Source: an uncultured Clostridia bacterium
GTDB lineage: Bacteria > Bacillota > Clostridia > Christensenellales > UBA1242
Assembly (NCBI GenBank): GCA_947366545.1
Contig: CANBAL010000005.1
Span: 16,621 to 80,620 of the forward strand
Direction: 5' to 3'
DNA length: 64,000 nt
Below, piece after piece: positions 51,633 to 60,925 of the stretch (position 1 is its first letter; each line of letters begins with the position of its first letter). The position numbers were made by a program, and so were the translations under genes. Under the pieces are notes generated by a model. The model was not told the DNA's origin. It did not search any database and saw only the letters and a program-made list of their open reading frames with translations.

Positions 51633-52467
51633 GTGCGGATATGTGGCGATAGTTGGGCGGCCTAACGCAGGGAAAAGCACTCTTGTCAACACCCTTGTCG
51701 GTGAAAAGGTGGCGATAGTGTCTTCCAAACCGCAGACAACTCGTGATAATATAATAGGAATTATGAATGGAGAGGGGTACCAAGCCGTGCTTGTTGATAC
51801 CCCCGGCGTGCATCACAGCAAAAACAAACTCGATAAATATATGATGAAAAACCTCCGCTCTGCAATAAGTGGCGTAGATATTATTATTTACTTAATTGAC
51901 GGCAGTAAGGAAAGCGATGAAGAGGAGAGAGAGTACATAACAAAACTTAGGTCTTTAGGACTGCCGCTTATAGTTGTGAAGACCAAAGCCGATAAGCCAG
52001 TAAATTGTAACGAAAAAGAAGATATAAAAATATCTTCACTTACTGGTGAGGGGATAAAGGATTTAAAAGATAGAATTATAGATGCTCTGCCAACAAGGGA
52101 GGGGTATATTTACGACCAAGATTATTACACCGATAAAAGCGTAAAATTCTTAATTGCTGAGGCGATAAGGGAGGCATGCCTCAATATGTTCAGGCAGGAA
52201 ATTCCTCATGGTATAGCCGTTGAGATTACAAGATTTGATGAGCGAGATTGCCTTGCAATTATTGAAGCAGATATTGTATGTGAGGCTGAAAGGCATAAGG
52301 GGATTATTATAGGCAAAGGCGGCAATAATTTAAAGTTGATAGGACAGAAGGCTCGACAGTACGCCGAGGAGATCCTTGACGGAAAGGTGCTTTTAAAACT
52401 ATTCGTAAGGGTGGAAGAAGACTGGCGAGATAACCCTAACAAATTAAAAGGACTGGGGTTTAACTAA
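51625..52467 (+). CDS. era: GTPase Era
   Basis: GRPNAGKSTL, KPQTTR, DTPG, EIPH, KH domain KGIIIGKGG. Confidence 0.97.
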   Translation: MVKCGYVAIVGRPNAGKSTLVNTLVGEKVAIVSSKPQTTRDNIIGIMNGEGYQAVLVDTPGVHHSKNKLDKYMMKNLRSAISGVDIIIYLIDGSKESDEEEREYITKLRSLGLPLIVVKTKADKPVNCNEKEDIKISSLTGEGIKDLKDRIIDALPTREGYIYDQDYYTDKSVKFLIAEAIREACLNMFRQEIPHGIAVEITRFDERDCLAIIEADIVCEAERHKGIIIGKGGNNLKLIGQKARQYAEEILDGKVLLKLFVRVEEDWRDNPNKLKGLGFN

Positions 52468-52580
52468 TGGACAAAAAGAAAAAGAAGGAAAATGATAAAA
52501 AGACAGCCAAATTTAAGGAAGAATATTTTAAATATTATGACGATGTCAAAAGTCATACGCATAAAGTAATCGATTGGTAA
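52467..52580 (+). CDS. Small 37-aa ORF translationally coupled to era
   Basis: TAATG overlap; MDKKKKKENDKKTAKFKEEYFKYYDDVKSHTHKVIDW. Confidence 0.5.
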   Translation: MDKKKKKENDKKTAKFKEEYFKYYDDVKSHTHKVIDW

Positions 52581-52642
52581 AAAAGGGTATTGACATAAGG
52601 GAATGAATATAGTAATATAGTTGTGTAAAGGGGAGGAAAAAG

Positions 52643-53287
52643 ATGATAGGAAAAGAAGTTCCACAATATGTTGTTAATTTGATGAATACAAATCCAACAA
52701 AATACTTTGAGATTGTGCCACCAAAAGATCAAGAGGCATATATCGATTATGCTATTGGTTTCTTGACTAAATATTTAAGGGGGCTTAATAAACTTAGTAG
52801 GGATTGTTTAGAAACTCAATGTTTAAAAAGAATGAAAATTTTTAAACTGGATCGTTCTTATGAGCATAGATATGGCATCAAAGAAAGAATAAAAAGAGAA
52901 AAAAACTATTTCACACGCAAATTGATGGAGGAAATTGAAGACGACTATATGCGTTGTGATTTCATTGACTCATCTGATATCGCGTTAAGTATGAGTGATA
53001 AGTCAAGAAGCAAATATGGTGATGGTATTGCAAGGTTTGCAAGTATTATTCTTGCAAGGGAAGAAGCAAGAATAAGAATAATGCATCAGAATGATAGGCG
53101 AGAAATTGAAAAAGATTCTGATTTTAAATATATTCGCCTTATTAGGGAGAGACTTATAGTGAAATGCAAAGAAATACGGGAGACTTTTGCCCATGATGAT
53201 AGAGGACTTCAAAAGATTTTAAATGAGCAGTTTGCTGAAGATATGATGGCTGATCATAAATCAGTGCCAGACGATGAAAGCGTATAA
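52643..53287 (+). CDS. Hypothetical protein (orphan)
   Basis: TTGACA promoter, SD GGGGAGG, terminator at 53286-53313. Confidence 0.75.
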   Translation: MIGKEVPQYVVNLMNTNPTKYFEIVPPKDQEAYIDYAIGFLTKYLRGLNKLSRDCLETQCLKRMKIFKLDRSYEHRYGIKERIKREKNYFTRKLMEEIEDDYMRCDFIDSSDIALSMSDKSRSKYGDGIARFASIILAREEARIRIMHQNDRREIEKDSDFKYIRLIRERLIVKCKEIRETFAHDDRGLQKILNEQFAEDMMADHKSVPDDESV

Positions 53288-53312
53288 AAAAACAGGTTAC
53301 AAACCTGTTTTT

Positions 53313-55319
53313 TTAATAGTTTGAAAATTGACTGTTGTAAAGATTGTAATAGAAGCCTTTTTTGTTTAAAAGTTCTTCATGAGTGCCTTGCTCAATAATA
53401 TTGCCTTTATTCATAACAAGTATCATGTCTGCCGAGGTGATTGTAGAAAGCCTGTGTGCAACTATGAAACTTGTTCTTCCCTTCATGATATTATTAAAGG
53501 CTTTTTGGATTGCAATTTCCGTTCTTGTATCAATATTGCTTGTTGCCTCGTCAAGTATAAGGATGCTTGGCTTGGTCAACATAATTCTTGCAATACAGAT
53601 AAGTTGTTTTTGGCCCTGTGATAGGTTGTCGCCATTTTCATTTATTATGGTGTTGTAGCCGTTTGGCATGGTTTCAATAAAGTAGTCGGCTCCGGCAAGG
53701 TGTGCCGCTCTTTTTATTTCACGCATGCTTGCATTAGGTTTACCATAGGCGATATTATCACGAATGCTCGCTGAGAAAAGCCATGTTTCTTGCAGTACCA
53801 TTCCATACTGGTCTCTGAGACTTTTTCTTTTCACTTCTGTAACAGGGCGACCGCTTACTTTAATTTCGCCTTTGTCCACATCGTAAAACCGCATCAAAAG
53901 GTTTATAAGAGTACTTTTGCCACAGCCTGTTGGCCCTACTATTGCGATTTTTTGACCTTTAAGCGCTTTAAAATTTAAATTCTGAATAAGTTTTTTGTCC
54001 TTTGTATAAGAAAAATCTACATCTTTAAATTCAACCATTCCAGTTTTGCGCTTGATTACTGACAGATTTTCGTCACTAACCTCGTTTTCAATATCAAGGA
54101 CATTGAACACACGGGTGGCGGATGCAAAGGCGGATTGAAGGTCGGTGAAAACATTTGAAATTTCGTTAAAAGGTTTTGTGTATTTGTTTGCGTAGGAAAG
54201 GAGGGTGGAGATAGAGCCAATACTCATTACGCCGTCTAATGCATATACACATCCCATGATAGCGACTATGGCATATATAAGTCCGTTAATAAATCTTGAT
54301 ACTGGGCCTGCGGTGGAGGCATAGAAGGAGGCTTTTTCCGAACTTTCTCTAAGTTTCTCGTTGATTTCATCAAATTTTTTAATAGAACGCTCTTCATACT
54401 GGAAGGCTTGCACTACTTTTTGATTGCCAATCATTTCCACAAGATTGCCAGAAAGGTCGCCAAGAATTTTAGCCTCTTTCTTGTAAAGCTTATGTGTGCG
54501 TTTTGCGATAAAGAATGCAATGATAATGGACAGTGGAGTAAGAGCGACAATAACAGTAGCAATAATAGGGTGTACAAGATACATAAACACTACGGTAAGA
54601 ATGATAGTAGCAATGCAATCAAAGAAGGTGGTCAGCCCAAGTACAAAGCCGTCTGTGATGTTGTCGACATCGTTTACCATTCTGCTTTGTAGGTCGCCGT
54701 GGCTGGAAGAGTCGATATATTTAATAGGCACCTTGTTAAACTTGTTGAAGATGTCTTTGTGCATAAGTTCCTCAATTTTGTAGGAAAGGGTGTTTGACAT
54801 TTTATCAGTCAGCCACTTGCACACTGCAAATCCCACAATACATCCAGCAAGAATGAAGGCAATTTTCATAAGTTTGTCAAAATCCACACTACCGGCACCA
54901 ATTATGCAGTCAATACCTTTACCTATTAAAAGCGGTATAAATATTTCAAATAAAGAGTTCACAAGAGCAAAGATAATTGCTCCAATAAGGTAGCCAATGT
55001 TTGGCTTTGCATAATGCAGGAATCTCTTTATTGTGGAAGACTTCTTTGTTTTTTTGATTTTTGCTATTTTTTCAATTCTAGGGCCGCCCTTGTCAAGAAT
55101 GATAGGATTGTCCACCAAGGTTTTCATTTTCTCATCTTCTTGACGCAAAGCATTTGAGTTGTGAAGGGAGGCGGGAACAGCGGTAGGCACCTCAACATCT
55201 TTTACAGGCTGTACTTTTTCAGGATTGTTAAAAGAGGGCTTAGGCAGATTTGCAATCGCTTTTTGCAGTTTCCTAAACTCTTTTTCATCCTTTTTAGTTG
55301 GTACTTTTTTCTCTTCCAT
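53313..55319 (-). CDS. ABC exporter, fused permease/ATPase (heterodimer subunit)
   Basis: GPTGCGKST, LSQGQKQ, ILILDEATS, six TMs. Confidence 0.93.
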   Translation of the reverse strand: MEEKKVPTKKDEKEFRKLQKAIANLPKPSFNNPEKVQPVKDVEVPTAVPASLHNSNALRQEDEKMKTLVDNPIILDKGGPRIEKIAKIKKTKKSSTIKRFLHYAKPNIGYLIGAIIFALVNSLFEIFIPLLIGKGIDCIIGAGSVDFDKLMKIAFILAGCIVGFAVCKWLTDKMSNTLSYKIEELMHKDIFNKFNKVPIKYIDSSSHGDLQSRMVNDVDNITDGFVLGLTTFFDCIATIILTVVFMYLVHPIIATVIVALTPLSIIIAFFIAKRTHKLYKKEAKILGDLSGNLVEMIGNQKVVQAFQYEERSIKKFDEINEKLRESSEKASFYASTAGPVSRFINGLIYAIVAIMGCVYALDGVMSIGSISTLLSYANKYTKPFNEISNVFTDLQSAFASATRVFNVLDIENEVSDENLSVIKRKTGMVEFKDVDFSYTKDKKLIQNLNFKALKGQKIAIVGPTGCGKSTLINLLMRFYDVDKGEIKVSGRPVTEVKRKSLRDQYGMVLQETWLFSASIRDNIAYGKPNASMREIKRAAHLAGADYFIETMPNGYNTIINENGDNLSQGQKQLICIARIMLTKPSILILDEATSNIDTRTEIAIQKAFNNIMKGRTSFIVAHRLSTITSADMILVMNKGNIIEQGTHEELLNKKGFYYNLYNSQFSNY

Positions 55320-55329
55320 AATTTACCTT

Positions 55330-57048
55330 TTATTTAGTTTGGCTTTCGTAGATTTCTCTATACACCATGCAGTTTTCCAGCAAATCTTTATGCTTTCCAA
55401 TCCCCACCACATTACCGTTTTCAAGTACGACTATTTTGTTTGCATTTTTGACGGTGTTTGCACGCTGTGAGACAAGTATTATCGTGGCATCAATGTCCTC
55501 TTTGATAGCCTTTCTAAGAGCGGCATCGGTGGCAAAATCAAGGGCAGAGGCACTGTCATCCAAAATTAAAATTTCAGGGTCACCAACAAGCGCTCTTGCA
55601 ATAGTGAGGCGCTGTCTCTGGCCGCCAGAGAGATTTTTACCGCCGGCTTGAATTTTGTAACTATATTTGTCTGGCAATTCGTTTACAAAATCGCTGCTTT
55701 GTGAAATTTTGATTGCCTTTGTCATTTCTTCCACGCTTGCGTCAGCCTTTCTCCAGCGTAGATTATCGCGGAGTGTGCCCTTAAATAGCACCGCCTTTTG
55801 TGGAACAAGCCCTATCTTACTCCTAAGCTGATGAAAACTGTAGTCTTTGACATTTATTCCGTCAATAAAAACATCACCCTTTGTCGTATCGTAAAAACGA
55901 GGGATAAGGTTTATAATACTGCTCTTTCCACTTCCAGTACCGCCGATTATTCCAATAGTTTCCCCCTTGTTTATCACAAGATTTAGGTCTTTAATGGCTT
56001 CTTTCGATGCTCCTTGATATGCAAAAGTCGCATTTCTAAACTCAATTTTTGGTGCAGAGGAAAGAGGAGAAAGGTTGATTTCCTCCTTGTTTGTCTCAAC
56101 TACTGAAGGCTTTGTATCAAACACTTCGTTTATTCTTCCTGCACAGTTGAAGGCTTTAATAAAGGCAATGATAATGTTGGCAACAGAAACAAGTGCAGCA
56201 GAAATTTGCAGCATATAGTTGATAAATGCAATCACTTGTCCTTGCGTTAGCAACCCAATATTTACTTGCCCACCGCCAAACCAAAGAACGGCGATGATTG
56301 AAAAATTGATAATGGTTGTTGTGATAGGGGTGAGCATTGCTGAAATATTTGTCACCTTAATAGAGGATTTTCTCAAATTTTTTGCAGAGACGGAAAAGCG
56401 TGCCTCTTCGTATTCTTGCTTGTTAAAGGCTCGCACCACCCTTGCACCTTGTAAATTTTCTCGTGTTATTTCGCTCACCTTGTCAAGATTTTTTTGAGTT
56501 TTGTCATACAGCGGCTCGGTAATTTTTAAAATTAAGAACACCGCGCCTATTGTCAGCGGAGCGATTACAAGGAAGATAAGTGATAGTTTTAAATCAATAA
56601 TCATAGCCATAACAGCGGAGCCAATCAAAAGCAGAGGGGAGCGCATAACCTGTTTAATAAACATTCCCACCGCTTGTCGTATGCGGGTGACATCGTGGGT
56701 GATACGGTTGTTGAGGGTGGCGGTACCAAACTTGTCAAGTTCTGCAAATGAAAAAGTGTTGATATGTTCAAACATGGCTTTCCTTATGTTGTAGGCAATA
56801 CCGGTGGACGCGGTTGCGGCAAATTTTTGGCAAATTAAAGCAGATGCAATGCCAACGATGTTAAGAGCAATTACAATCGACCCCATAATAATGATGTAGT
56901 TAAAGTCATGATTGGCAACGCCTATGTCAATCATATTGGCTACAAGCATAGGGATTGCGATATCGGTTGCGGTCTCAAAAACTTTGAAAAAAGGTGCAAG
57001 CCACATTTGCTTTTTATAGCCTTTAAAGTACTTAAAAAGTTTTCTCAT
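55330..57048 (-). CDS. ABC exporter, fused permease/ATPase (degenerate-site subunit)
   Basis: GGTGSGKSS, LSGGQRQR, ILILDDSASALD, SQR in place of the H-switch. Confidence 0.93.
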   Translation of the reverse strand: MRKLFKYFKGYKKQMWLAPFFKVFETATDIAIPMLVANMIDIGVANHDFNYIIIMGSIVIALNIVGIASALICQKFAATASTGIAYNIRKAMFEHINTFSFAELDKFGTATLNNRITHDVTRIRQAVGMFIKQVMRSPLLLIGSAVMAMIIDLKLSLIFLVIAPLTIGAVFLILKITEPLYDKTQKNLDKVSEITRENLQGARVVRAFNKQEYEEARFSVSAKNLRKSSIKVTNISAMLTPITTTIINFSIIAVLWFGGGQVNIGLLTQGQVIAFINYMLQISAALVSVANIIIAFIKAFNCAGRINEVFDTKPSVVETNKEEINLSPLSSAPKIEFRNATFAYQGASKEAIKDLNLVINKGETIGIIGGTGSGKSSIINLIPRFYDTTKGDVFIDGINVKDYSFHQLRSKIGLVPQKAVLFKGTLRDNLRWRKADASVEEMTKAIKISQSSDFVNELPDKYSYKIQAGGKNLSGGQRQRLTIARALVGDPEILILDDSASALDFATDAALRKAIKEDIDATIILVSQRANTVKNANKIVVLENGNVVGIGKHKDLLENCMVYREIYESQTK

Positions 57049-57182
57049 TTTGTTGTCCTTAAATATTACCAAAAGATTATATCATAACGCTAAATTTTAA
57101 TAAAACAAATTATTGACAAATCTCAGCAAAAAGATACAAAATGGCGGTGGAATTTGCATGCCGGCAAGCATAAATAAGTAAT

Positions 57183-58055
57183 ATGAGAAAAAAGATATGT
57201 GACAAATTTAATATAATCAAAAATGTAAGTTTCAAAACGCTGTCAAGTATAAAAACAGGCGGAAGGGCAAGATATCTGGCTTTTCCAAATAATGAAGAAG
57301 ATTTAGTGACCCTTATAACTTATTTAAAATCACACCATAAAAAATACTATGTTTTAGGCAATGGCACCAACACTCTTGCCCCTGATGGAATGTATCGCGG
57401 AGTGATAATTAAATTGACAGAGCTTAACACTGTCATCGTAAATGAAAACAAGATTTATGCTGAGGCAGGTGCAAGTCTTAATAGAGTAATTGGTCTCGCT
57501 TTGGCAAATGGTCTAGCTGGTTTAGAGGAGGGAAGTGGCATTCCTGCATCAATAGGCGGCGGCATAATAATGAATTGTGGTGCCTATAATTTTGAAATGT
57601 CAAAAGTGTTAAATAAGGTGAGATTGTTGCGGGACGGCAGAGTAATTGAGCTTGATAAAAGTGAGTGCGGGTTTGGTTATAGAACCAGCACCTTTAAAGA
57701 AGATGATGTCATTCTAGGCGGCGAATTTATTTTAAAAAAAGAGGATGAAGAAAAACTGCGAGAAAGACAAAAGGCGGTTTTAGAAAAGAGAAAAAACTTC
57801 CCTTGTCTTCCAAGCCTTGGCAGCGTTTTTAAAAGGAAGGAAGGTCTTATTGTAAGTAAGATGCTTGATGAAATGGGGTTTAAAGGATTTTGCTGTGGCG
57901 GTGCGAAGGTAAGTGAGCAGCATGCGGGAATAATTGTGAACTATCAAGATGCAAAATCAAAAGATGTGCTTAAACTTATTAATATTATAAAAAATAGGGT
58001 GAAAAACGAAAAAAATATCATTTTAGAAGAAGAAATAAAGATTTTATCAAAATAA
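57183..58055 (+). CDS. murB: UDP-N-acetylenolpyruvoylglucosamine reductase
   Basis: KTGGRA, LGNGTNTL, GIPASIGGGIIMNCGAY, FGYRTS, PSLGSVFK, LEEEI. Confidence 0.95.
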   Translation: MRKKICDKFNIIKNVSFKTLSSIKTGGRARYLAFPNNEEDLVTLITYLKSHHKKYYVLGNGTNTLAPDGMYRGVIIKLTELNTVIVNENKIYAEAGASLNRVIGLALANGLAGLEEGSGIPASIGGGIIMNCGAYNFEMSKVLNKVRLLRDGRVIELDKSECGFGYRTSTFKEDDVILGGEFILKKEDEEKLRERQKAVLEKRKNFPCLPSLGSVFKRKEGLIVSKMLDEMGFKGFCCGGAKVSEQHAGIIVNYQDAKSKDVLKLINIIKNRVKNEKNIILEEEIKILSK

Positions 58056-58103
58056 TTTTACATTTTTCGCAGCATTTGTTATTCTTATAAAGAGGATAAC
58101 ACA

Positions 58104-58823
58104 ATGAAAGTGGAAGTTGTAGGCAGTGGTTTTACATGGCTAAATGAGCCGAATACAAGTTTTATTATCAATGATAGTATTATTTTCGATACACCTCAAA
58201 GCAGTACCAAATTTATGAATATTGACTATTCAAAAATTCGGTATATTTTTATTACGCATTTTCATTCCGACCACTTTGCAGACCTACATATTGTTGTTGA
58301 TTATGTCCGCCATTTAAACCCTGACTATAAGGTTAAGGTGTTTGGGCCAAAAGGAATTTTTAAACGCCTAATAAAAATGATGAAACTCATGGGTGCAAAT
58401 AAGAGAACGGTAGCGGGAAAAGTACTTAAATGTTTTGAGTTCATAGATATTAAAGACCATATGAAGTTTAATATTGAAGGCATGGAGGTGGAAGCGATTG
58501 AAGTTAAGCATTCCACTAAGCCTTGCTATGGCTTTGTGTTTAAAGAGGGTGGTTGCAGCAAGATTGTAGGTTTTACTGGAGACACTTATATGTGCGCGGG
58601 CGTTATGGAAATAGTTGAGAAAAGTGATGTTGTTTTCATTGATACAGCCTCACGCTCACACTTTGATAGCACTGCGCATTTGACACGGGAAGAGGTGGTA
58701 GATATTAAAAAAAGATACCCAAAAAAGAAGTTTTATAGCGTGCATATTGATAGTCGTATACAGGATGAATTTAGCGATAAATTGACTATCGCTGCCCGCG
58801 GACAGATAATAAAAATAAAGTGA
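58104..58823 (+). CDS. Metallo-beta-lactamase-fold hydrolase (RNase Z-like)
   Basis: THFHSDH, VKH, FTGDT, AHL, VH. Confidence 0.85.
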   Translation: MKVEVVGSGFTWLNEPNTSFIINDSIIFDTPQSSTKFMNIDYSKIRYIFITHFHSDHFADLHIVVDYVRHLNPDYKVKVFGPKGIFKRLIKMMKLMGANKRTVAGKVLKCFEFIDIKDHMKFNIEGMEVEAIEVKHSTKPCYGFVFKEGGCSKIVGFTGDTYMCAGVMEIVEKSDVVFIDTASRSHFDSTAHLTREEVVDIKKRYPKKKFYSVHIDSRIQDEFSDKLTIAARGQIIKIK

Positions 58824-58897
58824 AAGCGCTTGTCTTTTTTAAATATAAATGTTAAAATAAGACAGAATAAATAATATATTGTCGATTTGGAGGAATA

Positions 58898-60862
58898 ATG
58901 TCTGCAGCAACACTCGTAGTGCTAATTAATGTTTTGTTTTTTTTAATGCTTGCATTGGGACTTTTTATCGGAATAAAGAGGGGCGTATTTAGGTCTCTCA
59001 TTCATTTAGGTTTTATGGCTGCTGCAATAGGGCTTGCTATATTAATTTCGGGGCCAATCACTTCGGGTATACTGCACATGAGAATTGTCTCCTCACCAGA
59101 AGGGATGATAACAATAAGTGAATATATATTGCATGGCGTGTCTGCACCTGCTCTTAACGGATTTATTAATGACCTTCCTTCTGCGATAGTAGGGCCTATT
59201 GTACTAATTGTTGTTGCAATATTAATGTGTTTATTATTTGAACTTGGCTATGTGCTTTTCGGGAAACTTTACTTAAATAAAAAAGGATTGCTTAAACCCG
59301 CCAAAAAAACAAGATTTATCGGTTCGTTAGCTGGCGTTGCTGAGATGTTTTTGTTAATCGTATTAATGCTTATGCCAATGACCTCTTTAAGCGGTACCTT
59401 GCAAGAACTTTCGCAAAATAGCACAAGCGACTCTAGCATTGCTGTAAGCACCATTGTAAATCAAAATATACCATCATTTTTGCTTGAGTTTAGTGAAGAG
59501 TTCAATCAAAGTGCGGTAGGCAAGATTACCGAAATGGGCGGACTTAACGATGCCCTATATGATAGTGTTACGCAGATATCATCGGGGGATAAAAATCTTT
59601 CTGTGAAAAATGATATTCTTCCAGCAATTAAAGTGTATGACGAACTTGCTGCTGATTTGGAGGCTTGCCTTGCAGATTTTGATAACGCAAACTATGATGC
59701 ATTAGGGGAGAAACTTTGTAAACTTATAGACACCGATTTATTTAAAAACGCTGCCCAGCCAATCGTGAAAGATGTACTAAAAAATAAAAAAGAATTTTTG
59801 GATTCTTTAAGTTTGGATGTAGATTTAAGATACGCATTAAGTGACACTTTTGATAACCTTTCTACTAGGTTTGAAGAGAAGGATTTTGATTTTCAAGCAT
59901 ATACAAAGGTGGCAGTAAAGGATGTTACAGGCTTATTACAAATGCTTGCGCAAGAAAAATTTATCAACGAGTTTGTTTATATCGTTAGAGGAGCAAGTGC
60001 CAATAAACTTCTCGAAAAAGAGGGATTTACGGTGCTAGCAAATGCGGGTAAACAGTTAATCAACTTTACGGTGTTAGAAGACGCCTATCCTGTCTTAGAA
60101 AATATGCTGTATAGGTTGCCAAAAGTGGTAAGAGATATGGTTGACATAAGTTATATCTATGATTATCAGTCTGCAAGAACGGAAATTGCCAAGGTATTAG
60201 ATGTCGGTTTACAGCTTATAAATGTGGAAAGTGTAAATGGCACTCCAGTTAATTTGCTAGAGCAACTTATAAATGGTGATAGAAATTTTATATCAAATAT
60301 AGTTAATAGTGATAGTAGCACCGTAATTTTACGCGAGATAGCAAAGTCCTATCCACTCAAAAGTTTCTTAGTCAATATTTTTGAAAATATTGATGAACGA
60401 GTACTTGCGGGTATTAAAGAACTTAACCCTTCTGTACAGGATGACTCATTCCTCACCTCAATTAGTTTTAATGATTCGGAGGGTGCCCAAGAGGCTTTTG
60501 CCGATAGGGTGCAGCTTCAAGCTGAAGATTTGGCAGAACTTGCAAAAGAAATCTATGGCAAAAATATTTCAGTAAAAGATGGAAATTTACTCGATAAAAT
60601 CAAAAATTTCGTGTTAAAACACGCAAATCTTGAAACAAATCGATCTACAAGCGTATTTACAAGTGTATTTAATAACATTATAAATTTCTTTAATGGCACC
60701 ATAAAACTTGCGGATGGAACTCCTGCTTTTTCAAATTATCAGCATTTTGAAGCGCTTGTTGATGAGCAGTTTGCCTCTTTAGATTTGACGCAGTATGGTG
60801 ATATCAATCTTCAAAGTAAATATTTGTTGGTGTCTTACACTGAAATTATGGGGCAGATCTAG
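58898..60862 (+). CDS. Membrane protein with CvpA-like N-terminus and large helical domain
   Basis: GLFIGIKRGVFRSL, four TMs, RFIGSLAG. Confidence 0.7.
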   Translation: MSAATLVVLINVLFFLMLALGLFIGIKRGVFRSLIHLGFMAAAIGLAILISGPITSGILHMRIVSSPEGMITISEYILHGVSAPALNGFINDLPSAIVGPIVLIVVAILMCLLFELGYVLFGKLYLNKKGLLKPAKKTRFIGSLAGVAEMFLLIVLMLMPMTSLSGTLQELSQNSTSDSSIAVSTIVNQNIPSFLLEFSEEFNQSAVGKITEMGGLNDALYDSVTQISSGDKNLSVKNDILPAIKVYDELAADLEACLADFDNANYDALGEKLCKLIDTDLFKNAAQPIVKDVLKNKKEFLDSLSLDVDLRYALSDTFDNLSTRFEEKDFDFQAYTKVAVKDVTGLLQMLAQEKFINEFVYIVRGASANKLLEKEGFTVLANAGKQLINFTVLEDAYPVLENMLYRLPKVVRDMVDISYIYDYQSARTEIAKVLDVGLQLINVESVNGTPVNLLEQLINGDRNFISNIVNSDSSTVILREIAKSYPLKSFLVNIFENIDERVLAGIKELNPSVQDDSFLTSISFNDSEGAQEAFADRVQLQAEDLAELAKEIYGKNISVKDGNLLDKIKNFVLKHANLETNRSTSVFTSVFNNIINFFNGTIKLADGTPAFSNYQHFEALVDEQFASLDLTQYGDINLQSKYLLVSYTEIMGQI

Positions 60863-60925
60863 CCTGCAATTTGTTTGACAATAAAATTTTATATATGGTA
60901 TATTTAAATTGATTAAGGAGGAGTT

